Shown here piece after piece: positions 48,865 to 59,237 of a DNA stretch of 64,000 nucleotides (position 1 is the stretch's first letter; every line of letters begins with the position of its first letter). The notes under the pieces were generated by a model, which saw nothing but the letters and a program-made list of their open reading frames with translations, was not told where the DNA came from and made no database searches. The DNA lies in assembly GCA_945874155.1 (NCBI GenBank), contig CAMCFO010000003.1:8581-72580 (forward strand). Direction: 5' to 3'. This stretch comes from an uncultured Bacteroidales bacterium (GTDB lineage: Bacteria > Bacteroidota > Bacteroidia > Bacteroidales > UBA932). A program made the translations under genes and the position numbers.

Positions 48865-50235
48865 ATGGAAGAGAAAATCCCTTACAAAACCTATCTCAGC
48901 GAGAATGAGATTCCGAAACAATGGTACAATGTGCGTGCGGATATGAAGAACAAGCCCGCACCGCTGCTCAACCCGGGTACGCTCAAGCCTATGACCCTTG
49001 AGGAACTGACTCCCGTATTTTGCGAGGAACTCTGCCGTCAGGAACTTGATAACGACACTCCTTTCTTCGACATTCCTCAGGAAATTCAGGATTTCTACAA
49101 GATGTACAGGCCAGCGCCGCTTGTGAGGGCATACTTCCTGGAGAAAGCGCTTGGAACCCCTGCCAAAATCTACTATAAATTTGAGGGCAACAACACCTCC
49201 GGCAGCCACAAGCTCAACTCGGCCATAGCCCAGGCCTACTATGCGAAGAAACAGGGCCTCAAGGGAGTGACCACCGAGACCGGGGCAGGGCAGTGGGGAA
49301 CTGCACTCAGTATGGCCTGCTCATATTTCGGTCTTGACTGTCAGGTCTATATGGTGAAATGTTCTTATGAGCAGAAGCCTTTCAGACGCGAGGTTATGCG
49401 TACCTATGGAGCGAAGGTCACCCCGTCTCCGAGCAATACTACAGCTGTGGGTCGCAAAATCCTTGAGGAATTCCCGGGCACCACAGGCAGTCTCGGATGC
49501 GCCATTTCCGAGGCTGTGGAGGCTGCAGTCACCCAACCGGGCTATCGCTATGTGCTCGGCTCCGTGCTGAACCAGGTGCTTCTGCATCAGACGGTTATCG
49601 GTCTGGAGGCCAAGGCTGCGCTGGATAAGATAGGGGTTAAGCCGGATATCATCATAGGCTGTGCTGGCGGCGGTTCCAACCTGGGAGGACTCATAAGCCC
49701 GTTTGTAGGCCAGAAACTTCGCGGAGAGGCTGATTATCAGATTATTGCTGTGGAACCTGCATCTTGTCCAAGTCTCACCAGAGGCAAGTATGCCTACGAT
49801 TTCTGTGACACCGGAATGATTTGCCCTCTGGCAAAGATGTACACCCTCGGCAGCCATTTCATGCCTTCTCCAAGCCACGCCGGCGGTTTGCGTTACCACG
49901 GTATGAGCAGTATTCTGTCCCAGCTCTATCACGACGGGTACATTGAGGCAAGGGCAGTGGAGCAGACTTCCGTCTTTGCTGCAGCTGAAATGTTCGCAAG
50001 GGTTGAGGGTACACTTCCGGCTCCGGAAAGCAGCCACGCGATTCGGGCGGCGATAGACGAGGCTCTCAAGTGCAAGGAGACCGGGGAAGAGAAGACCATT
50101 CTTTTCGGACTCACTGGAACAGGATATTTCGACCTCAAGGCCTACGAGTCATTCAATGACGGCACTATGACCGACACCATCCCTACCGATGAGCAAATCG
50201 CTGACTCTCTTTCCAGACTTCCGAAAGTTGAATAA
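48865..50235 (+). CDS. trpB: TrpB-like PLP enzyme (TrpB2, stand-alone tryptophan synthase beta)
   Basis: GSHKLNSA, TETGAGQWG, GGLRYHG, PAPESSHA; no trpA adjacent. Confidence 0.93.
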   Translation: MEEKIPYKTYLSENEIPKQWYNVRADMKNKPAPLLNPGTLKPMTLEELTPVFCEELCRQELDNDTPFFDIPQEIQDFYKMYRPAPLVRAYFLEKALGTPAKIYYKFEGNNTSGSHKLNSAIAQAYYAKKQGLKGVTTETGAGQWGTALSMACSYFGLDCQVYMVKCSYEQKPFRREVMRTYGAKVTPSPSNTTAVGRKILEEFPGTTGSLGCAISEAVEAAVTQPGYRYVLGSVLNQVLLHQTVIGLEAKAALDKIGVKPDIIIGCAGGGSNLGGLISPFVGQKLRGEADYQIIAVEPASCPSLTRGKYAYDFCDTGMICPLAKMYTLGSHFMPSPSHAGGLRYHGMSSILSQLYHDGYIEARAVEQTSVFAAAEMFARVEGTLPAPESSHAIRAAIDEALKCKETGEEKTILFGLTGTGYFDLKAYESFNDGTMTDTIPTDEQIADSLSRLPKVE

Positions 50236-50239
50236 ATAA

Positions 50240-50270
50240 GTAAACGCCCGGCTGGCAGCCGGGCGTTTAC
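50240..50270. terminator. Bidirectional terminator between trpB2 and ppa
   Basis: GTAAACGCCCGGCT-ggc-AGCCGGGCGTTTAC. Confidence 0.85.
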
Positions 50271-50293
50271 TATATTCTAAAATCTACCAATAA

Positions 50294-50920
50294 TCACTTG
50301 GTCAGGCCTTTGCCGTAGAAATCGTCATAGTCCTCCATCGAGCGGCGGATGACTTCTTTAGCAACTTCTGCCCCGTAAGTGCAGACGAACTTCATTCGCT
50401 GATTGGTCTCTCCGGGGATGTCCTTATAGGTCGTGAAATAGTGGATGAGCCTGCGGACAATCTGGACCGGAAGATCTTCGATGTCATCGTATTTGCTGTA
50501 GATTGCATCATTCTTCAAGACTGCGATGATTTTGTCGTCGGCCTGGTTATTGTCCAGAAGCCTGAGCCCTCCAATCGGTTTTGCCCGTACCAGAATGTCT
50601 CCGTGGGTGACATCTTTCTCGGTGAGCACGCATATATCGAGAGGGTCGCCGTCTCCTTCCACATCCAAACGTGCCAGCGCCTTGTTGGTGAGTTCAGCCA
50701 TCTTCACATTGCACCAGGTGCGGGGAATGAACCCGTAAAGCGAAGGAACGATGTTGGAGAATTTCTGTGGCCTGTCAACGGATAGATATCCGCTTTCCTT
50801 GTCAACCTCGTATTTGACCGTGTCGGTCGGGACAATTTCAATGAAAGCCCTCACTTCATCCGGAGTGCCAGGATTGATGCCGTGCCAGGGATGAGATTTG
50901 CATTTGATACTGTAGTCCAT
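50294..50920 (-). CDS. ppa: Family I soluble inorganic pyrophosphatase
   Basis: HPWHG, KYEVDKESG, YGFIPRT, DGDPLDICV, DDKIIAV. Confidence 0.95.
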   Translation of the reverse strand: MDYSIKCKSHPWHGINPGTPDEVRAFIEIVPTDTVKYEVDKESGYLSVDRPQKFSNIVPSLYGFIPRTWCNVKMAELTNKALARLDVEGDGDPLDICVLTEKDVTHGDILVRAKPIGGLRLLDNNQADDKIIAVLKNDAIYSKYDDIEDLPVQIVRRLIHYFTTYKDIPGETNQRMKFVCTYGAEVAKEVIRRSMEDYDDFYGKGLTK

Positions 50921-51054
50921 AGTTTATGTTTACGTCAGTGGCTAGTCTGTGCTTTTCCGAAAGCATTGCAAACTTACTAATTAAAATGGACAATGCCTAT
51001 TTTCCACCGATGATTTTTCATCATATTGTCGGGCTATAAAGAATCGCCAGGGCA

Positions 51055-51129
51055 ATGTGACTGATGAGGGAGGAAATATGGACCGAAAAGATTTTCAAAG
51101 ATGATGCAGTTTATTTTTTGAGGATTACT
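51055..51129 (-). repeat. 75-bp dispersed intergenic repeat, copy B
   Basis: Reverse complement of 39478-39552 with one mismatch; abuts the stop codon of the 51129 gene. Confidence 0.9.
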
Positions 51130-51632
51130 TAGCCTTTTCTTCCGCATATTTCTTCTGCCAGATAAGAAGCCGCCGCTGCTGCAAGAGCAGAACAAGGACG
51201 TTTTCTGTAATACTCCGCAGTCCTGTCCGAAGGCTGGGGTTCTGCACTTACAGGACAGGTGCCGGCAAGCAATTCTCTGCACACTATGGAGCCGTTTTCT
51301 GATTTGAACCTGCCTGCAAGTTTCTGAACCAGAGCATAGTTCTCTGCCTTCATTGCCTTGCCGGAAGCATCGTTTGCCTGGGCTGCAGGACAGATGAACC
51401 CGGCAATGGCTGTCATTCCGCTGACGCATCCGCAAATTTCCCTCATCCTGCCGAAGCCACCTCCGAATCCTGCGCAACTGTTGGTCAGAATGGACCGGAC
51501 GGAATCTTCATCGAGCCCGGTCTTTTCCGCAACATAGTCCGAAAATGCAAGCGCAACGCTCTGTGCGCAGTTGTAGCCCGATTTGAACAGCGACTCGGCC
51601 TGTGCCGCCTTGTTTTCAATATAGTTTTCCAT
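51129..51632 (-). CDS. C_GCAxxG_C_C family putative redox protein
   Basis: GYNCAQSV, FGGG.GR..CGCVSG, GSIVCRELL, CSAL. Confidence 0.88.
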   Translation of the reverse strand: MENYIENKAAQAESLFKSGYNCAQSVALAFSDYVAEKTGLDEDSVRSILTNSCAGFGGGFGRMREICGCVSGMTAIAGFICPAAQANDASGKAMKAENYALVQKLAGRFKSENGSIVCRELLAGTCPVSAEPQPSDRTAEYYRKRPCSALAAAAASYLAEEICGRKG

Positions 51633-51676
51633 ATTACATTTATAATCAAGCAGTTGTTGTATGCAAACTTAGTGAT

Positions 51677-53809
51677 TCAACTCCGGTTGGCTTTTTCCAC
51701 ATTTCTCAAAGCCCTGATCTGGGACAGCACCTTGTCCAGTTCCAGATTGCCCGGAACCGCCAGTTTCAAAGTGATGTCATAGCCTCCGGTGCGAGGATTG
51801 TCCACCACATTGAAGCCTCTCATAGCTGAACGGAAACTGCCCACCACATCCATAATTTCATTGATGACAGATGGTTCGTGTGCGGCAGCAATGCGCAGGG
51901 TCACCTGAAAATTGGAAGTCGAAGGGTTGTCGCTCCAGCGCACCTTCTGTATGCGGTAGGGATACTGTTCCATCAGTCTGGCTGCGTTGGGACAGGACAT
52001 TCTGTGGATTTTGATGCCGTCCAGCCTGCTCACGAAACCGAAAACATCGTCCCCGAACACAGGGTTGCAGCACTTGGCCATCTTGTAGTCCATTCCCCTC
52101 ACGTTCCTCGCGTTGAGCACCAGAATGTCGTCTCCCTTGTCCCTCTCCCCAAGCGAGGTCTTCACCTTTACCTCCTCAGGAGCCTTTGCGGCAGTTTCAT
52201 CTTCCTGAATACGATCCCTGAGTTCGAAAAGATCGATTTCCCCCTCTCCGATAGCCGCATAGAAAGACCTCAGCGTCTTGTGCTGGTACTTTTTCATCAG
52301 CGAGGCCAGCATATCGTCGGACAGGTCAATCTTCCAGTTCTTCATCTTCCGGTTCAGGAGTTCCTTGCCCTCATCAGCTTTGGCAAACTCCACTTCCGCA
52401 AGTTTCTGCTTGATTTTGGACTTGGCCTTGGAACTCACCACTATGTTGAGCCAGTCTGCCGATGGCTTCTGGTTCTTGCTGGAGAGTATCTCCACAATGT
52501 CTCCGGTGTTGAGTTTCTCCCTGATGGACACTGCCTTGCCGTTCACTTTTCCGCCCGTGCACTTTATGCCCAGATTGGAATGTATGTCGAAGGCGAAGTC
52601 CAGCACTGTGGATCCCGCAGCCAACTTGCGTAACTCTCCGCTCGGGGTGAAAACGAAAATCTCATTCTCGGGCGGAGTGGGCAGGTCGTCTTCATAGCCG
52701 GATGATGTCTCGGCCGGATGTTCCAGGATATTTCTCACCGATTTCAGCCAGGTGTCCAGAGTGGCTTCGTGGCTGATGCCCTTGTAGGACCAGTGTGAGG
52801 CCAGACCGCTTTCGGCAGTCTCGTCCATCCTCTTGGTCCTGATCTGCACCTCGATATAGGCCCCGTCCCTATTCCTTACCGTAATGTGCAGGGACTCATA
52901 GCCGTTTGGTTTCGGAAGGGTGAGCCAGTCCCTGAGCCTGTTGGTGTCCTGCTCGTATTCTTCAGTCACATAGCCGAATACCTTCCAGCAGAGAGCCTTT
53001 TCGGTGTCCGGGTCTGGCGGGCAGTCAATTATGAACCTGATGGCAAAAACATCATAGACTCCTTCGAAAGGCACCTTCTGCTTGCGCATCTTGTTGTAGA
53101 TGGACCAGGCTGTCTTGGTCCTGACTTTCAGCTTGTACTTGATACCCTCGTCCGAAAGCTTCTGCTTGAGCGGCTCAATGAACTGAATCATCAGTTTCTG
53201 ACGGTCCTTTTCTGTGGCCTTGAGCTTGTTGGTGATGGCCCTGTACTGCTCCGGGTCGGCATAACGGAAATAAATGTCCTCCATCTCGCTCTTCATATTG
53301 TAGAGACCGAGCTGGTGGGCGAGCGGTATATAGAGGAAAAGTGTCTCAAGATTCTTCCTTTCGCGGGACGCCTTCGGGAACATTCCGAGGTTGCGCATAA
53401 TTTCCAGCCGGTCAGCCAGTTTGATGACCGTCACCCGCGGGTCCCGGGAGTAGGAAACTATGAGCTTCTTGTAGTTTTCGGCTTCGAGCCTGGTGTCCTT
53501 GGGCTTGACGGCTGCAATCTTGTCCAGCCCTTCGACCATTGCTGCAACATCCCGAGGAAAGCCGCTCAAGTGCTGTTTCATTTCATCGAAGCGCCCTGCC
53601 TCGTGCAGAAATACCGCAGCCACACATTCTGCCTGAAGTCCTATTTCTTCGCAGACTATCTTTGCGACATTGAGGGGGTGCTCGAAAAACGGGTGCCCAT
53701 TCTCCCGCACGCGGTCCTTCAACTTTTCTTCAGCGATGCTCATTGCCCTGTCTATCAGCGCTTTACCTTCATCGCTGTATTTTCCGAAATATTCGTCAAC
53801 TTTGTACAT
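51677..53809 (-). CDS. relA: RelA/SpoT homologue (long RSH)
   Basis: KLADRL..MR, synthetase YDVFAIR..PKPNGYESLH, TGS domain, C-terminal ACT; HD site reads LHE. Confidence 0.93.
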   Translation of the reverse strand: MYKVDEYFGKYSDEGKALIDRAMSIAEEKLKDRVRENGHPFFEHPLNVAKIVCEEIGLQAECVAAVFLHEAGRFDEMKQHLSGFPRDVAAMVEGLDKIAAVKPKDTRLEAENYKKLIVSYSRDPRVTVIKLADRLEIMRNLGMFPKASRERKNLETLFLYIPLAHQLGLYNMKSEMEDIYFRYADPEQYRAITNKLKATEKDRQKLMIQFIEPLKQKLSDEGIKYKLKVRTKTAWSIYNKMRKQKVPFEGVYDVFAIRFIIDCPPDPDTEKALCWKVFGYVTEEYEQDTNRLRDWLTLPKPNGYESLHITVRNRDGAYIEVQIRTKRMDETAESGLASHWSYKGISHEATLDTWLKSVRNILEHPAETSSGYEDDLPTPPENEIFVFTPSGELRKLAAGSTVLDFAFDIHSNLGIKCTGGKVNGKAVSIREKLNTGDIVEILSSKNQKPSADWLNIVVSSKAKSKIKQKLAEVEFAKADEGKELLNRKMKNWKIDLSDDMLASLMKKYQHKTLRSFYAAIGEGEIDLFELRDRIQEDETAAKAPEEVKVKTSLGERDKGDDILVLNARNVRGMDYKMAKCCNPVFGDDVFGFVSRLDGIKIHRMSCPNAARLMEQYPYRIQKVRWSDNPSTSNFQVTLRIAAAHEPSVINEIMDVVGSFRSAMRGFNVVDNPRTGGYDITLKLAVPGNLELDKVLSQIRALRNVEKANRS

Positions 53810-53886
53810 AGGCTATGATGTTGCAAACAAAAAAAAGATGCCCAGGTTCAATAGCCCGGACATCGCGTATCCCTTTGTCTCAAATA

Positions 53887-54039
53887 CTAGTATCTGTCTT
53901 CAGATGAGACTGTCAGTTTCTTGCGTCCGTGGCGACGACGGGATGCAAGCACCCTGCGTCCGTTCGGAGTGGACATACGCTCGCGGAAGCCGTGCTTGTT
54001 GCGGCGCTTGCGCTCAGATGGTTGGAATGTTCTTTTCAT
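53887..54039 (-). CDS. rpmH: 50S ribosomal protein L34
   Basis: Hand translation [50 protein letters not shown]. Confidence 0.96.
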   Translation of the reverse strand: MKRTFQPSERKRRNKHGFRERMSTPNGRRVLASRRRHGRKKLTVSSEDRY

Positions 54040-54130
54040 TGTATCTATTTTTTATATTTTCTTCAAAATCCACAAACGGACTGCAAAGGTAGTATTTTTT
54101 ATCCGAACTGCAAAATATAAATTTGCATTT

Positions 54131-54799
54131 TTAATGCTTTTCCACCCAAACCACATTCTTGCCCTCGAAATACTCATCGTGGAGCAGGGTATTCAATGGC
54201 CACACACCCACAGAGCCTTTAGGGAGCCTGAGCCGCCCCATTGCAAGCGCTGTTTCCTCAGCCAGGTCGCCACCCTTGAGACATAGTACCTGATGGCGGA
54301 ACTTGCCCTTCACCCAAGGCAGAAAATCCTCCAGCGAGGCCACAGCCCGGGAAACCACATAGTCGTATGGACCCGGCAAAGTCTCAGCACGGGCGTTCAC
54401 ACATTCGGCGTTTTCCAGTCCGAGTGCGGATGCAACTTCCCTTGCCACAGTGATTTTCTTGCCTATAGAGTCGCAAAGAGTAAATCTGGTACGCGGGAAG
54501 AGGGTGCTCAGGGGAATGCCCGGGAAGCCTCCTCCGCAACCCAGGTCCAGCACGCTTACCCCTCCTTCAAGCCAGGTCCGGAAAACCTCCGGCTCCCTGT
54601 TCTTGAGGAAAAGTGCAATCCCCAGGGAATGAAGTATGTGGTGGTCATAGAGATGGTCTATGTCCTTGCGTGAAATCACATTGATTTTGGAGTTCCAGTC
54701 CCGGTACAACTCGTCCATCTTTCTGAAACGCTCCAGTGCAAGACCGTCCGCTTCCGGCAGCAATATTCTTATAATTGATTCAAATTCGGTAAATTCCAT
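54131..54799 (-). CDS. rsmG: 16S rRNA m7G527 methyltransferase
   Basis: WNSKINVISR, HILHSL, LDLGCGGGFPGIP, VVSRAV, LKG. Confidence 0.94.
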   Translation of the reverse strand: MEFTEFESIIRILLPEADGLALERFRKMDELYRDWNSKINVISRKDIDHLYDHHILHSLGIALFLKNREPEVFRTWLEGGVSVLDLGCGGGFPGIPLSTLFPRTRFTLCDSIGKKITVAREVASALGLENAECVNARAETLPGPYDYVVSRAVASLEDFLPWVKGKFRHQVLCLKGGDLAEETALAMGRLRLPKGSVGVWPLNTLLHDEYFEGKNVVWVEKH

Positions 54800-54839
54800 A
54801 GGGGATTTGAGTATGTGGGTATATGTCCATTCCGGGACA

Positions 54840-55436
54840 TCAGAGCAGTTCATCGTCTGTGTCCATCATTTTCATCAATTGTGCCCTTGCCCTGCGTATT
54901 TTTGTCTTGACAGTGTTCAGGGGCATATTCAGGGCCTCCGCAATCTCGTTGTAGCCGTAATTGTCAATCAGGAACATTTTTGCCACCTTCTTGTAGTCTC
55001 CCTCGAGCAAGTCTATGACTGTCAGCCATTTGTCGTATTCTTCCTGATGGATGACACTGTCTTCCGGAGAGGTGGCGCCGGAAGGAATCTCCAGCGGAGC
55101 ATCCTGGTTGATGGTCTGCAGGGGCATATTCTCATCCTTGCGCTGGCTGCTGCTCAGGTGGTCGAAGGCCGTGTTCTGCCCGATTCTGAACAGCCAGGTG
55201 GAGAACATATAATCCTCCTTATAGGTGTCGATGCGGCTGAAGGCCTTCTGGAACGACTCTATGCACACGTCCTCCAGCTCCTCCCTGTTGGAAATGAACT
55301 TGGAGACGTGGGCGCTAAGTGCCCCGTAGTAGCGTTGGTAGAGGATGACAAAAGCCATCTGGTCCTGCTTCCGCGCCTTGTCTATGAGTTCCAAATCGCT
55401 CAACTCAGTGAGCTTCGAGCCAGTTTTTTCCTTCAT
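54840..55436 (-). CDS. ECF-family RNA polymerase sigma factor
   Basis: EDVCIESFQKAF, FSTWLFRI, YNEIAEALNMPLNTVKTKIRRAR. Confidence 0.9.
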   Translation of the reverse strand: MKEKTGSKLTELSDLELIDKARKQDQMAFVILYQRYYGALSAHVSKFISNREELEDVCIESFQKAFSRIDTYKEDYMFSTWLFRIGQNTAFDHLSSSQRKDENMPLQTINQDAPLEIPSGATSPEDSVIHQEEYDKWLTVIDLLEGDYKKVAKMFLIDNYGYNEIAEALNMPLNTVKTKIRRARAQLMKMMDTDDELL

Positions 55437-58020
55437 TGCATTCAACTGTTAGAGGGACTGTCAGTCTTACCACATTTTCCATTTCCTCCACCACCATATT
55501 CTTCAAGGTCCCGGCTTCCTCCTGCACGGCATCGAAAAGCAGTTCGTCGTGAATCTGGAGCACCATACGGCTTTTCAGCCCTTCTTCCCGGATGCGTCGG
55601 TCCACATTGACCATCGCAAGTTTGATGATGTCCGCTGCAGTACCCTGAATCGGGGCATTGATGGCATTTCTTTCTGCAAGGGACCTTATTGTGGTATTGC
55701 GGGAATTGATGTCAGGGAGGTACCTGCGTCTGCCGAATACCGTTTCAACATAGCCGTTTTCGCGGGCTGCCGCAAGGGTGTCCTCTATATAATAGGATAT
55801 GGATGGAAAATGTTTGAAATAGTCATCTATGATGCTCTTCGCATCGTTCCGGGGAATTCTGAGCCTCTGCGCCAGTCCGAATGCGGATATGCCGTAGATG
55901 ATGCCGAAATTGGCTGTCTTGGCTATGCGTCTCTGCTCGGAAGTGACCTGGTCCAGAGCAACACCGAAAATCTTGGACGCCGTCATTGCGTGAATGTCCT
56001 CGTTGGCGCGGAAGGCTTCCACAAGGTTGCTGTCGCAGCTCAGGTGGGCCATAATCCTGAGTTCAATCTGGGAGTAGTCAGCGGAAATGATGACCCCGTC
56101 GGGTCTGGATGGCACAAATGCACGCCTGATTTCCTTGCCCCTCTCCGTTCTCACAGGTATGTTCTGCAGGTTCGGCCGGACTGAACTGAGCCTGCCGGTT
56201 GCCGTAAGTGCCTGATTGAAAGTTGTATGGATTTTGCCCGTGACAGGACTCACGAATCCCTGGAAAGGCTCGATATAGGTGTTGAGGAGCTTGCGCACGG
56301 CCCGGTATTCGAGTATGTCCCCGACCACCTCGTTCTTGTCCAGGAGTTTCACCAGAGTGTCCTCATCGGTGGGGTATTCGTAGCGCACCCCGTTCTTTGC
56401 CTTGATTTTCGGGTCGAGCTTCAATTTCTCAAAGAGCAGTACGCCTATCTGTTTGGGCGACAAGATGTTGAGTTGTGGGTCATCGGCCTCCTTCCTGATT
56501 TTGTCCTGAATTGATGCAAGCTCGGTATTGAGATTGTCCGCATAACGCCTGAGCTGGGCCATATCCACCTTCACTCCCTCCACCTCCATACGCGCAAGTA
56601 CCCTTATCAGAGGTTCTTCCATCTTGTCGTAAAGACCTTCCAGAGCCTTCTCCTTTACCGTTTTGCCCACTTCCTTGCCCAGGGCAAGAAAGACTGCCGC
56701 CTCCCGGGATTTGTCCGGAGCATCATCGGGATTGTCGAACAATGAAAGTTCGGAGACATCCTCCTTCTTCTCCTCCAGGCTGACCCCAAGGATGGTCATA
56801 GCCAGCACGTCTGCCTGATGGCTCTTCTCCGGGTTGATGATATAGTCCATCAACTCTATGTCCATCAGTTTTCCATTCATCTCAAGTCCTTCTGAATGAA
56901 GATTCTTCCATATTTCCTTGAGCGAATAGCCGGTCTTGGCGATGTCGGGGTCGCTGATGATGGAAAGAAAATCCGATGCCTTGCCCCTTGCTGTGACTAT
57001 GCCCTTCCCGTCTGAGGCAGCTACGAAAATCTCATCCTTGCCGGCTGCAATGGAGCAGATTCCATCTTTCGCGGCGCAAAGGCAAATCTCTTCTGGATTC
57101 GAGCTCGTGAATGTAAATTCCTTATGCTCAACATTATAGTCGGATGGGGCTTCTCCGAGATACCGTTTGAGGGACTTGAATTCGTATTCGTCGAAGAGTC
57201 TGAATGCCTCGGGACCAAATTGGGTGCTGACTTCCATATCCTTCGTGGAGAACGCTCCCAGGTCCACGTCCGTCTTGATGGTGACCAGGAAACGGCTCAT
57301 TTCAATATGGTCCCTGGCCGCCTCGAACAGTTCCCTCTGCTTGGGCTTGAGTTTGTCCAGATTGGCGTAGATGCCGTCCACTGAACCGAATTCGCGGAGC
57401 AGTTTCTTCGCCCCCACTTCTCCCACTCCCTTGACTCCAGGCACATTGTCGGATGCGTCTCCGCAGATGGTCAGGAAATCTATGACCTGTTCCGGGCGGT
57501 TCACTCCGTATTTTTCGCACACCCGGGCTTTGTCGAAGAGTTCGTTTTCGCTGCCTGCCTTGCCCGGCTTGAGCTGTACCACATTGTCGGTCACCAATTG
57601 CCCATAGTCTTTGTCCGGGGTTACCATATAGACTTTGAAACCTTCGGACTCGGCTTTTTTTGACATCGAGCCTATCACATCGTCAGCCTCGAATTTCGGT
57701 ATCATAAGTACCGGTATATCAAGAGCCTTGCATATTCCGCAAAGTGGTTCGAGGGCATCTATGATGGCTTGGGGCGTGGCTTCACGTGTACCCTTGTATT
57801 CGGGATAGACTTCGTGACGGAAGGTGCCTCCGGGCGGGTCGAAAGAGACTGCAAGATGGGTGGGATGCTCCTTCTCAATGAGTTCAAGCACATATTTGGT
57901 GAATCCGTACAGTATGGAGGTGTCCACACCTTTGGAGTTGATCATCGGGTGACCGCTCAAGGCGTAGTACATTTTGAACACAAGTGCGTGTCCGTCAATC
58001 AGGTATAGTGTCTTTTCCAT
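55405..58020 (-). CDS. polA: DNA polymerase I
   Basis: LIDGH, EADDVIG, GDASDNVPGVKGVG, PNLQNIP, DYSQIELR, KTANFGIIYG, QIHDEL. Confidence 0.97.
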   Translation of the reverse strand: MEKTLYLIDGHALVFKMYYALSGHPMINSKGVDTSILYGFTKYVLELIEKEHPTHLAVSFDPPGGTFRHEVYPEYKGTREATPQAIIDALEPLCGICKALDIPVLMIPKFEADDVIGSMSKKAESEGFKVYMVTPDKDYGQLVTDNVVQLKPGKAGSENELFDKARVCEKYGVNRPEQVIDFLTICGDASDNVPGVKGVGEVGAKKLLREFGSVDGIYANLDKLKPKQRELFEAARDHIEMSRFLVTIKTDVDLGAFSTKDMEVSTQFGPEAFRLFDEYEFKSLKRYLGEAPSDYNVEHKEFTFTSSNPEEICLCAAKDGICSIAAGKDEIFVAASDGKGIVTARGKASDFLSIISDPDIAKTGYSLKEIWKNLHSEGLEMNGKLMDIELMDYIINPEKSHQADVLAMTILGVSLEEKKEDVSELSLFDNPDDAPDKSREAAVFLALGKEVGKTVKEKALEGLYDKMEEPLIRVLARMEVEGVKVDMAQLRRYADNLNTELASIQDKIRKEADDPQLNILSPKQIGVLLFEKLKLDPKIKAKNGVRYEYPTDEDTLVKLLDKNEVVGDILEYRAVRKLLNTYIEPFQGFVSPVTGKIHTTFNQALTATGRLSSVRPNLQNIPVRTERGKEIRRAFVPSRPDGVIISADYSQIELRIMAHLSCDSNLVEAFRANEDIHAMTASKIFGVALDQVTSEQRRIAKTANFGIIYGISAFGLAQRLRIPRNDAKSIIDDYFKHFPSISYYIEDTLAAARENGYVETVFGRRRYLPDINSRNTTIRSLAERNAINAPIQGTAADIIKLAMVNVDRRIREEGLKSRMVLQIHDELLFDAVQEEAGTLKNMVVEEMENVVRLTVPLTVECNEGKNWLEAH

Positions 58021-58022
58021 AT

Positions 58023-59237
58023 TCATACATTTTTGGCGGCCCGGCTTGAAGGAGCCAAAGTCACAAGCCATCCTATCAGGGCGACACTGGCGCAAACCAG
58101 GGCGACGTCTGCCCATTGCAGTATTACCGGATATGCGCTCACCAGAAAGCCTCCGGGCATCTTTACGATTCCGAATTGCTCCTGAATCATCACTACTGCA
58201 ATGCCCACTGCCGCCCCTATGACAAGCCCCACAAGGGTGATGAGCCAGCCTTCAAGACGGAAGATCCTGCGTATCAGCGCGTTGTTGGCACCCATAGACT
58301 TGAGCGTGAATATGTCTTCTCGCTTTTCTATGGTAAGCATAGTCAGGTTGCCGTACACATTCAGCGAAATCACCAGTACCATGAAGATGAGTATCAGGTA
58401 GATGGCTGCCTTTTCGTATCTCATCATCTTGTACAGCGACTCGTTCTGCATATACCTGTCCTTCACCACGAAGTCTTTCCCCAGCCCTTCGCTGACCTTC
58501 TGCCGGACCTCAACCGCATCCCTTGCGCTCAAGCCCTCGATGAACCGTATTTCCACAGCAGACACTTCGTCTTTCAGGTCAAGCAACTCCCTCATAGTCT
58601 CCACGGGCACCAGAACCAGCCTTTCATCCACCTCGCTGTTGATGCGGAAAATACCTGAGGGCCAAACTTTTACGCTCTCAAGCGAGGCTGCGGGATTGAT
58701 GGTTGAAAATTTCCTTGTGCGGGACGGATACCAGATTTCCATAGGGGTCACAAAGGCCGGATTGGCTTCAAGTCGGTGGGCGAGGGCAGTCCCCAGACAG
58801 GCGAGTGGGACGCTGCCGCGGTGCAACTTGAATTCGCCTCTGACTATTTTGTCCTCCACTCTGGCCTCCTGCTCATAGATTTCATCCACACCCCTGACTG
58901 TGGCTGTGGCCTGCTGTTTTCCGTAGGAGATGAATACCGTTTCCTCCAATATGCAACACAGGCTTGCAACTCGCTCGTCATTGTAGAGAGAGTCGTAGAT
59001 TTTCCCCTCGGGCACAAAATACTTTCCTGAGGCGGGAGTGACCAGCAGGTCGGGCTCGATGGAACTCATAGTCGAAGTGACTATGCTGTCGAATCCGTTA
59101 TATACGGACAGGACTATTATCAGCGCAGCGGTGCCCACGGCCATCCCGCAGGCACTGATTGCAGAAATGATGTTGATGACATTCTGCTTTTTCCTGGCGA
59201 AGAGATACCGCCACGCTATTTTCAGTCCTATGCCCAT
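58023..59237 (-). CDS. LolC/E-family (FtsX/MacB-type) ABC permease
   Basis: IAWRYLF, SVYNGF, KREDIFTLKSMGA..IRRIF..EG. Confidence 0.88.
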   Translation of the reverse strand: MGIGLKIAWRYLFARKKQNVINIISAISACGMAVGTAALIIVLSVYNGFDSIVTSTMSSIEPDLLVTPASGKYFVPEGKIYDSLYNDERVASLCCILEETVFISYGKQQATATVRGVDEIYEQEARVEDKIVRGEFKLHRGSVPLACLGTALAHRLEANPAFVTPMEIWYPSRTRKFSTINPAASLESVKVWPSGIFRINSEVDERLVLVPVETMRELLDLKDEVSAVEIRFIEGLSARDAVEVRQKVSEGLGKDFVVKDRYMQNESLYKMMRYEKAAIYLILIFMVLVISLNVYGNLTMLTIEKREDIFTLKSMGANNALIRRIFRLEGWLITLVGLVIGAAVGIAVVMIQEQFGIVKMPGGFLVSAYPVILQWADVALVCASVALIGWLVTLAPSSRAAKNV

